Assembly (NCBI GenBank): GCA_051294375.1
Contig: CM119263.1
Span: forward strand, 18,624,628-18,688,627
Source: Paraspadella gotoi
Lineage: Eukaryota > Animalia > Chaetognatha
DNA: 64,000 nucleotides
Reading direction: 5' to 3'
Part shown: in pieces, positions 14,652 to 26,076 of the stretch
How positions within the stretch are numbered: the stretch's first letter is position 1
Layout of the letters: every line of letters starts with the position of its first letter
Made by a program: the position numbers and the translations under genes
Notes under the pieces: generated by a model
What the model saw: the letters and a program-made list of their open reading frames with translations, nothing else
What the model was told of the DNA's origin: nothing
Database searches by the model: none

Positions 14652-17600
14652 NNNNNNNNNNNNNNNNNNNNNNNNNNNNNNNNNNNNNNNNNNNNNNNNN
14701 NNNNNNNNNNNNNNNNNNNNNNNNNNNNNNNNNNNNNNNNNNNNNNNNNNNNNNNNNNNNNNNNNNNNNNNNNNNNNNNNNNNNNNNNNNNNNNNNNNNN
14801 NNNNNNNNNNNNNNNNNNNNNNNNNNNNNNNNNNNCTCTCTCTCAACAGATGGTTTTCGTCCTTGCCAGCGTCCTTGAAAATCGGAAATTTACCCCAGGT
14901 ATCAGTTGATAAAAACAATGAGCGAGAGCGAGAGCGAGANNNNNNNNNNNNNNNNNNNNNNNNNNNNNNNNNNNNNNNNNNNNNNNNNNNNNNNNNNNNN
15001 NNNNNNNNNNNNNNNNNNNNNNNNNNNNNNNNNNNNNNNNNNNNNNNNNNNNNNNNNNNNNNNNNNNNNNNNNNNNNNNNNNNNNNNNNNNNNNNNNNNN
15101 NNNNNNNNNNNNNNNNNNNNNNNNNNNNNNNNNNNNNNNNNNNNNNNNNNNNNNNNNNNNNNNNNNNNNNNNNNNNNNNNNNNNNNNNNNNNNNNNNNNN
15201 NNNNNNNNNNNNNNNNNNNNNNNNNNNNNNNNNNNNNNNNNNNNNNNNNNNNNNNNNNNNNNNNNNNNNNNNNNNNNNNNNNNNNNNNNNNNNNNNNNNN
15301 NNNNNNNNNNNNNNNNNNNNNNNNNNNNNNNNNNNNNNNNGCAAAACCAAACGTCGACTCGTTTCGCGAAGTCGGCGCAATTTTTCGCGAAGGCAATTCG
15401 GTGGCAGAAAGGCAATCGGCCGACGCCATGGCGCAGACCTCATGGTGCGTCGGTTTTGATTCCACGCTTTTAAGACCAACGATGAAACGTTTTGGAATGG
15501 ATTCCCCGGTAAACAACCGCGACTATTGGAAAATAAACCGGGGGAATTGTTGCGTCATCATCGGGATTATGGGGCAAGATAGTATTGGTTCATGTTTCCC
15601 TTTTAGATTTTCGTTAGAACTTAGATTATTCACCGTTTGTAAAGGAGCTTATAGAATTTGGACGCCATACATTAGGTTTTACAATTTGTTCTTGCTTTTT
15701 CGGAATAAAACGTTTGAGTTCCATATTAGGCCGTTATTTGCGAGAGGAAGAAAAAGGCCCGAAAGGGGTCCACGTTTCGTTTTTAAATCTTTTTTTCTCG
15801 ACGTAAGGACCAGGTGTCCGATTGAGCCGGTTTTCTATGGTGCCCACGGCGCTCGCTGTGCCAAAGTTGGACGCGAAGCTCATGAGATTCCATGAAGCGT
15901 CGATGGAAGCCGTTGTTTTTCAGAGGGTGAGGAGAAAGGGTCAGTCGCTTCCTCGCGGCGGNNNNNNNNNNNNNNNNNNNNNNNNNNNNNNNNNNNNNNN
16001 NNNNNNNNNNNNNNNNNNNNNNNNNNNNNNNNNNNNNNNNNNNNNNNNNNNNNNNNNNNNNNNNNNNNNNNNNNNNNNNNNNNNNNNNNNNNNNNNNNNN
16101 NNNNNNNNNNNNNNNNNNCATCACCAAAAAGAAGCTTACGACATGTTGACTGCAGATTTAATCTCCAACGTTTAAATCCAGAAAAAAGGAGAATTCGACT
16201 GAACAAGAAAATTAAAAGTTGAAATGAAATCGCCTTAAAAACGTCGCCAGTCTCATTTTCCGTCGTCGTCATTATCGTCGTCGTTGTCGTCGGGATCATT
16301 TCTTTAAAATGTCACCGATTGCGATCTCAGTTGGCATTTAATTTGTCACCGGAAGTATTTCGTCGCTCCAGAGGAAACAGAATTGCTTCTTTTCCTCGCA
16401 TGACTTGCGAGTTATTTAATTCTTTTTTTTCGTTGTTTAGATTTTTTTTTTAAATTTCTTTCAAAAAATCTAAAGTCGAAACCAGAAAATTCATTTATTT
16501 GGGGGGCACATTTTGTTCTCTCCTTCTTTCGTTTCTCGTTTTTCTCTCTTTGTTTTTGTAATCATCCTCGTTGAGAACTTTGTTTGCATTCCCGACCTAT
16601 AATCTCTCTCTCTCTCTCTCTCTCTCNNNNNNNNNNNNNNNNNNNNNNNNNNNNNNNNNNNNNNNNNNNNNNNNNNNNNNNNNNNNNNNNNNNNNNNNNN
16701 NNNNNNNNNNNNNNNNNNNNNNNNNNNNNNNNNNNNNNNNNNNNNNNNNNNNNNNNNNNNNNNNNNNNNNNNNNNNNNNNNNNNNNNNNNNNNNNNNNNN
16801 NNNNNNNNNNNNNNNNNNNNNNNNNNNNNNNNNNNNNNNNNNTCTCGGTCTCGCCTCACCCTCACTCTCCACTCACCTCCTCATCCGTGAAACGACTTCC
16901 CTCGATTCGCCTTTTCCCCATTTCACCTTTGACCTTCACTTTTGCCCCGATTTTCCCCCAAAGAATTCTACTTTCTCCTTTCACTTTTTTTCCTTTTCCC
17001 TTTTTCCTCATCTTTTTACTCCTTCATTCAATTCCTTACCCTTTTGTGGCACGTTGTCGACTTACCTGCGCCTCGATCTTTCATTTGCAACAAGACCAGG
17101 CCACGGTCATTTCTTTTTATTTTTTTTCTTTACTATTTTATCGCACTTCCTCTTCCTCTTTCCTCTTCCCGCTCCCCTTTCTCCCTTCCCCTCCTCCCCC
17201 CTCCCCATCCCACCTCCTCCCTCTTCACTTCCTCCTCTGGATCCAACCGGCCATCGCCTCTTCTGCAATCAGCTCTTCTCCACCCTTGTTTAAAACGATG
17301 GGAAACGCGCGTCAGGGTTTTTTTTTTGGCTCTCCGTTCGCTTCGTCTCTCGTCTTGACCCTAAGATCACAATGTTGTTTCCTCCTCGATGTCTGGCCCG
17401 ACCCGCGGTCATAATGGTTGCCATGATTGCTTGCTTGACCCGCGAGAATGATTGGCTGCCATTTGGTAGACGCCGCTTTCTCTCTAGATCATGGTCTTAA
17501 TCTTTTATGTCANNNNNNNNNNNNNNNNNNNNNNNNNNNNNNNNNNNNNNNNNNNNNNNNNNNNNNNNNNNNNNNNNNNNNNNNNNNNNNNNNNNNNNNN

Positions 17601-19286
17601 NNNNNNNNNNNNNNNNNNNNNNNNNNNNNNNNNNNNNNNNNNNNNNNNNNNNNNNNNNNNNNNNNNNNNNNNNNNNNNNNNNNNNNNNNNNNNNNNNNNN
17701 NNNNNNNNNNNNNNNNNNNNNNNNNNNNGCATGAGGCATGTGAGAGATGGCGAACTCGCCAAATGCGATCAATCAAAGCGTATGAGGCTGTCACCGGCAA
17801 TCGGTCTTCTTCTCTCTTCTTTTTTCTCCCCCTCTTCCTCCCGGAGTCTCTCTTGAGTCTTGACAAATCCGGATTCCATCGCTGTCAGCGTCGTATTCCA
17901 TCACTATCTCGGTCCATCCAGGTGAATCCAGCTTTGAGTGGTTCTTAGAATTTTTTTATAACTTCAGATCGTATTTTGTGCTGTCGGTGTGGCAGGAGTG
18001 ATGCATTAATTATTCCGAAAGTTCTAGGCTTCTCGCCTTGTTTGACCGAATTCCCATTTTTGTTATGACACTAACTGGAGGACAATCTTTGATGCAGAGC
18101 CAAAAGACCTACAGTAATTTCCCTCTCGACTCTAAAGAGAAATGGCTTTTCTCAGGATTGTTCAATGTCTATTGGCTCGATTCTCCACCGGGACATCAAG
18201 AACAAGAACATGAACATTATGTTCATGGAAGGAGATTCGTGCCAACGGACATTTCCATACGCAATTTTTTCTAGTCGATTCCGGAAAACCTGAAAGAGAT
18301 GCTCATCGCTGGTTCTTGGTTGGCATTTTATCATGGCGTTTTCCGCAATTGCAATTGTCCCCAAGGCGGCATCCCGAAAGTTGGCGTGAGGTCATTACGT
18401 CAATTTTGACCAGATCACGGAATTACTTACGCGCGCCATCTCGAGCGAAAGACGAGAAATCATCTTCGCTCATTTTCATCTCTGTTCAGTCGTGAAACGA
18501 CTACGACGATGATGTCGACGACAATGACGACGACGACGTTACTCGTTTTCACTCACCCTCTTCGCCACGCCCGTCCATCGTCCGCACGATTCGTCCATTT
18601 CCTTAATGTCTTAATCCGCCGCCTTTCCCGACTCCTCACCCGCCTCACCCCGGTTCTCGCCTTGACCTTACCTCGCCCTCACCTTCTTCCGCTCGGATGC
18701 CGACTGAACCCTTCGCTTGGTCCCGTCGACCTCTTTTCCATCCAATTCTCCAAAAAGGAAAGTGTTTCTGTTGCTGTTGCAGTTGCTGTTTCTTTTGAAA
18801 TTGCTTTTTCTTTTGGTTATGCTATGGTTGTTTCTGCTAGGAGAATTATGATAACCAGTGAATGTTCTCCAGCATCTATTTACATATTTATTCGTCAAAT
18901 TTGATAAATTTTCTCGGGCTTTAATGTCCGCTGAGAAAAAAAAAAAACCCGATCGGTCCAAATTCTTTCGTTTGGAGAATTCTTTGCCTCCCTAACGATC
19001 CCAGGCAAGACAATTCTTTTTTTTTCTCTCCCTATTCGCTCTGTCGAGTGTCGACTTATAACCTCGCTTCTCCCAGAACGCCTTTCGTAAAGCCGTATCC
19101 GCGATCCCCTGTCCCTTATCTTCTACCCTTTACTCTGAACGCTATCCATCCCGACTCTTCCCTTGCTCCCCTCTTCCTTTGAACGCATCTTTCCCCAGAG
19201 CTCACTCCCCCCCCTTTGAGCGCCTGGCTCGCATCTTTCCTTCGATGGCAGATGGACGTGATTCCGTTTGATGTCCTTCGCCAACA

Positions 19287-19381
<95 letters not shown>

Positions 19382-22300
19382 TTTCACTTTTGCCATCGTC
19401 CGCAATGAACACGTCGTATGGGTTCTTCATTTTTCTTTTTTATTGGCGTCGTTGTTCTTTTTTTTTTTTGCAGTTGATAATCGTTGAACTTGTTTACGGC
19501 TCGAGGTAATTTTCTGGGGTCATCTTAGTTTTCAAATATAGTGTAAAGATAGTTGACTTTGTATGATGTTGCTTATAGTTGCGCAACTTAGACTGAAAAC
19601 TTGATTAAGAAAGGAAAAAAACGTTAAACTGATTTTTTTGAAACTCCTGACACTTAACGCCTACTTCCTTTGGTTTCATCTAACAACAACAACAACAACA
19701 AGGATCTCCCTACAAACCGGTTTCCTTTGCCGATGCCTTCGCCGTTCCATGTGACGCCGAATGAGACGTCGTTCGTCACGTGACTTTCAATGTGACGTAA
19801 CGACCGCGGCGTCAGCGACTTCCGGTCGCGCGATGTTGGTTCCCGACGACTAAAGGTGACGTTGAGCGGCGGGAAAAGTGGAGAAAAGTCGGTCGCCCGT
19901 TCGATCGGGGAATTGAGAAAAACGGGGTCGACTGTAGGTCTGGAGGTGAAGGGCGATGACTGTAGTCTAGGGTGAAGGACGAGCGGCGGACGAATGGCGA
20001 ATCCTTTCATGTTATTTGAGAGATAAAAACGAAAATACATTTAATGTTTAAACCAAGAATTCGGAAGTAACAAGTTCAACGACGAGAATATTAAAGCGAC
20101 TATAGTTTATCGATACGTCAAGTCTTCTTCGTTTCTTTCCTCCGCTTTTTTAGCCAACGGTTGGTTTCAGTTGACCTCGCGATTCGTATTTGAGAGAGCG
20201 AGGTCGGTCAGTTACTAAAAATCCCCCCCATTTTTACCATTGATCATCAGAGTAATTCCGCGACTTAAAACTAAAAGGGGCTCTCGATGTAAGTTAAGTA
20301 TCGGAGGCGAGAAGTCGCCTTTACGAGTATGAACTTTCGATTCTGAATTTAAGTAATAAAATTTAAGTAATAAAATTTAGAATTTTCTGGAAATAAAGAT
20401 CAACTTACCACCGGGTTCATGCATTTATTTAATTATCATCTCCGTTAGTTTAATCCTAAAAGAACCATTTCGATCACAGACAAGTCTAGAATCCCCAACA
20501 ACGCGACCCGCCCCACAAATTACCCGCTTCAACGGAAGGCGATAAAATATTCTCGCGAGCAAAAAAAAAAGAAGAAATGATTATCGGTTCTTGGTCGGTC
20601 TGTCCCTCCTTCCTCGGGGCTTTTTTTTTTCCTTCGCACCACTTCCCTCTCTCTCTGTCCGGTATTATTATTTTTTTTTACTCTCTCCTTATCTTCTTTT
20701 GCTTATTCTTCTTCTTCTTCTACTCCTTCTTCTGCTCATTCTTCTTCTTCTTCTTCTTCGTTGTTTCCTTTTATATATATTTTTTTCTGTCTCCTTCCGC
20801 CGGTCGCGACCAGAGACCACTTCGCTTCTTCCATCACTCATCCTTCATGGCAAATTAATTTACTCTCCCGTCGGTTCATTTCTCTCCTCCATTAATCCAC
20901 GTCGTCTCCACCCTTTGCCTCGGCGTCGACCCTGAGTCTATGAATCTCTCCAGTCCCCCTCCCCCCCCCCCCTCCCTCTCCCCTCGCCCCCTTTTTCTTT
21001 TCTGTGTCGCCCCACGTAGTCTTTACTTTTCAATCAGTTTCTCTGCGATGCTTCTTACTTACTTATTTCCTGTTTTGTTTCTCTTACTTTACACCTTTTA
21101 CCCTACCTTCTTTTCTTTCTTCTTTCTTCTTTCTTTCTTTTTTTCTTTTCTTTCTTTTTTCTTCTCTTCTTTCTTTCTCTTCTTTTTCTTTCTTTCCTTT
21201 CTTTCTTCTTTCTTTCTTTCCGTATTTCTCTCTTTATCTCTTTTTTATTTTTCTTTTCTTCCTTCCTTCCTCTCCCCCTTTCCTCCTTCCTCCCTCCCTT
21301 TCCTTCCTTCCTCCTTTCCCTCCCTCCTTTCTCCTCATCCTTTCCTCCGTCCATCCCTCCTTCCTTCCTCCCTCCCTTTCCTTCCTCCCTCCCTTTCCTT
21401 CCTTCTCCTTCCTTCCTCCCTCCCTTTCCTTCCTAATTTTCTTTCCAGTTCTTTAACCCCCACCTCACACCCTTCATATCATCTCCCTTAAAAAAAGTCT
21501 GGAGGGTTCCGCGTTTCGGGTTTCGCAAAACCGGATCCCCCCTAATTATCCCCTTTAATCTTGCTTCCTCTCTCGTGATGACTGTACTCGCCTTTAGTCT
21601 CCCATCTTTTCCCTCCCCTTCACCCCACTCCCCCCTTAATTCTCTTTCCTTCCCTCCACCGCCAACCCTACTAAAATGTTTAATCGCGTTACGCGATCGC
21701 CAGAAGGGGAGGATCTATTACTGACCAGAGGAAGCGTGACGTCACGTGATCTTCGGTCACGTCACGTGATCTTAAGGGTCGGGTCACGTGATGTCAAGTC
21801 GGAGGCTTCCCCTGACCATCGCGACGTCACACGACCCGAAGTCGCGAAGGCCGGAAGAGGGTGGAGGGGCGGGGNNNNNNNNNNNNNNNNNNNNNNNNNN
21901 NNNNNNNNNNNNNNNNNNNNNNNNNNNNNNNNNNNNNNNNNNNNNNNNNNNNNNNNNNNNNNNNNNNNNNNNNNNNNNNNNNNNNNNNNNNNNNNNNNNN
22001 NNNNNNNNNNNNNNNNNNNNNNNNNNNNNNNNNNTTAAATGGAGGGATTTCCGGTCCCGACGGGCAGTAATTCCCTGACCCTAAGATCGATCTCTTCCAC
22101 TCTGTAACTCTTCTCTCTCTCTCTCTCTCTCCTCTTCTCTCTCTCTTCTCTCTCTCTCTCCCTCTCTCTCTCTCATCTCTTCTCTTGTTAGTTGTTTACC
22201 ATATGCACCTCCACCAAAAAGGACATCTTTTCTCGTCCATCCTCTCTGCACTGAGCTCCACCTTCCCAAAAGCTTACCTCGTCAGTTTTTCCTTCCATCG

Positions 22301-22873
22301 CTGAGGTTTGACCTTCGCATAGGTCTCTTCAAAAAGAGTCGGTGACGGTTATCTGTTAGAAAGTCACCGACCTTGTGCTCTTCTCCCATCTTCTCTCTCT
22401 CTCTCTCTTTTCTCTCTCCTCTCTCTCTCTCTCTTCTTCTCTCTCTCTCCTCTCTCTCTCTCTCTATCGCCCCTTCAGACTCGTTTTTTGCTTAGGGGGG
22501 GGGCCTAAACTTAAATCTCATTTGCATGTTGGAAAGCAAGCCTTCGGCGACGGCCGAAACCTGTAAAAGCTAACTCCAACCGGAAAAAAGAGAAGCGTCT
22601 CCGAATATGAAAGACCCCCCTAGGAAATAAAAGGCCGGACGGGAATCTCTCTTCTTTTCATATTAGTGAGGATTGAGGAAGATCACTTTCGTTAAATTAC
22701 TTACAAGATTTCGTTTTAACTTGTGTTATTTTACGAAATACAATTTTAAAGAACGGGGATTCTTGAAATGTTACCCTCGTCTTCCTCCGTCAGGGAGTTA
22801 TGGTGAATTATGGCGTCCGTACTGAGGAGCAGAAAGATCAAAAGGACTCAAAAGACCTGATAGACTTAGAAAG

Positions 22874-22908
<35 letters not shown>

Positions 22909-23414
22909 CTTTTCCTTCCGCCTTTTTCGGGCAAAGAAACTTTTTCTTTCTTTCATCTATGTTCCATCGTTCCTTTTTTATTTTTTTTACTTTTTCTCGT
23001 TGACATTCGACTTAAGCCAAAAAAAATATCACTCCCTAATTTCGGTTTGCAAACAAAACAGTAAAATCAAGGGCCAAAGCACAGCATCTGTGTCGAACAA
23101 AAGATTTCTTTTTTCTTTAGTTTCTTCGCTCCAACTCTCAATTTGTAATTTCCCCTTTTTTTTTTCTCTTTTTCCCCGATTGGGAATAATTGCGCTTTTT
23201 GCCATCAATCACCCCTCCCTCTCCCTCCGCGCCTTCCTCTTCCGCTCCTTCTATCCCCTCCACCTCTTCCTCCTCCTCCCCCTTTTTCTCATCCTCCTCC
23301 CCCCTCTTCAATCAAATTAAATGACTTTCTGACCCGTTCCTCCTCGCGAAATCCCTTCTCTCATATTGGAATTCATTTTGCGACGTCTAACGGATTCTCT
23401 CTTCTCTCACATTC

Positions 23415-23458
<44 letters not shown>

Positions 23459-23859
23459 CCTTTACCCATATGGTTCTCCAATTCTCCGCTTGTCTCAATT
23501 TTCCTCCACCCCTCTCCTTTCTTTCATATTTTTCGATTTTCTTTTTATTTCTTCTTTCCTTTTTTCCCTTCGAATCCCTTCGCCCTAAATCAATTCTTCT
23601 TCCTCCAATTCTTTTCTCGATCATTTCGTTCTTCCTCTTCCTCCCTCTCCATCTCTCTCTCTCTCCACAACAACCAGATTTTCAATACTCGTCTTCTTTC
23701 TCTTATCTTTCGCTCCAAGTCGAATTGCCGCTCAACCGCAAACCAAAAATAACCCCAGCCTTTTTTTTCTTTTTACTCCGTATACTTCATCCGGAATTTT
23801 TTTTGCATTCTCCAAATTCTCTCTTCCTTCTCTCTCTCTCTCTCTCTTCTTCTTCTTCT

Positions 23860-23904
<45 letters not shown>

Positions 23905-24302
23905 GCTTAACCTTCTCCCACTCTTCCTCCTTTCTTCTCCCAACTCATCCACCTTCGTCAATCAAGGCGAGCTTTGTAGTTTCACGCGGCTTCGATACGC
24001 CTTTCGCATCAATCTCGATTTCACTTTCTCCTCTCTCCCCCCACCCTCTCCCCCAGATAAGCTTGTCACCCTTAAACCTCCTCCTTTCTCTTTTCACCCC
24101 CTATCTTCTTTCCTTTTGAAGCTCTTTCTTCTTTATTCTTTTCAATCCTTTCATTTGTTCCTTTCCCTCGCTTCTGCTCCTCGCTCTTTTCTGTATATTT
24201 TTCGAAATTTTTTAACCGATCACTATCTTACTTCTCAGCCAAATCTCTCACATCTGCCTCTATCCTACATCCTTTTCAGTTTCAAACTCTCTCGCTCTTT
24301 CT

Positions 24303-24360
<58 letters not shown>

Positions 24361-25992
24361 TCTTCCCTCTCTCTCTCTCTTCTCTCTTCTCTCTCTCTCT
24401 CTCTCTCTCTCAACCGACTTTCTCTTTATCCTTTCATCTTCCCTCTATGTACGAAGTCCTTCGCCTGGTTCATTGATTAATCGAAATTTTTTTTTTTCAG
24501 ACAAATAATCGCCTATTCCATCATCGGATTAGTAATAATATCTTTTTTCTCCCCACCCCCACCCACCCCCTCCCCTCACCTTCTTCCTTTTCCTTCACCA
24601 CCAGGACTCCTCCCCCTTCTAGCGTATATGGGCTCTGCGGCAGGCGTTCCTTTTTCCGGCCGCCGACTGGAAATCAAAGTCACGGAAAGGAAAATATTAA
24701 AAACGAAATCGCGGATGGTTCGAGTCTTTTGGATGTTTCGGCGAGAGTAACGCGTTGAAGACCGTGGAAGAGTAAGTCTTCGGTTCCATGCGAACTCACG
24801 CCTCGTTTTGCCCTCGNNNNNNNNNNNNNNNNNNNNNNNNNTGTTTGTCCATTCATACGTAATGTTTTTAAGTTCCGTATGACTTCGCCGTTAAGTATTT
24901 CAGAATGTCACGCATCTTTTTACCACGAAAGCAACGAGGCGTGACACAAAGACTTAAGAAACCATCGCGAAACGATGAAAAATAAGCGTAAAAGAGCCGA
25001 TAAAGAGAGCAAGAGCGTTTCAACTCTAAAGTCAGAAGCAAAGGAAAGAATATTCTACCCAATGCGTTGGCCGTTCCAGGGCCAAGGCAATTGAAAGAGG
25101 CAATGCCCAAAGGCCAGATTATTAAACCAATTGCCAATGACCATAGCTTTTAAGCTGAGCGGGCAGAAAAAAAAACAGAAGAAAATCTCCGAGAAATATA
25201 ACCTATGTTTTGACGCGAATGATGGCCGAGACTCAACGCGGCTTCCGTCCAATCTGTTTTTTAGGCCTAACACTCCCTCTCTGTCTTGCTCTCTCCCTCT
25301 TTTCCTTATTCGCTTCTCTGCCTTTGTTTATTCCCAAAAACGCATTTTATCAATTGGCCGCTCTTTTGTTTTTTCCCCGGTTCGCACTCCATAATTCATT
25401 TCCTGTTTTCAGCGACGACAGCAACGACATCTTGAAGCAGCGAAAAAAGTCGCGCCATCGCGTGCCCGAGATTTACATCCTTCAGATGCAGTCGCACGTG
25501 GGGCGCTCGGCCAACGAGAATCTCATGTCCAAATGGAAGCAGGTTTGTGGTTTTTTATGATTCGATTGATTTTAGAAATATGGTATTAGTACTTTTAATA
25601 TAAAATACCAATTTTATTCGAAAAAATATTTTTTTAAGACAAACCCATCCCTTAATTTGTGAAATATTTTCTAGAAATTTCTGTATTTGCTTTTTAGCAA
25701 TTGCTATTCTTTTTTCGTGAACGAAAACTCAACCACGTTTGTCACCTCCTCTCCCTTTCTCCCTCAGGTGAAGCTCCTCGTGGACCAGACACAGTACCAA
25801 GTCCCTCGTCTCTCCGTCGGCCACTGGTACAAGTTTCGCGTCGCCAGCGTCAACGTCGTCGGCGCATCCGACTTCCGGGAGTCGACGAAGGCCTTCAAGT
25901 TGAAGGCTGAGCCGAGAACGCCCTCTCCGCCTAGGAATCTTACGCTGGGGAAGCGACCAGGGTGAAGAGCGAGAGAAGAGAGAGAGAGAGAA

Positions 25993-26076
<84 letters not shown>

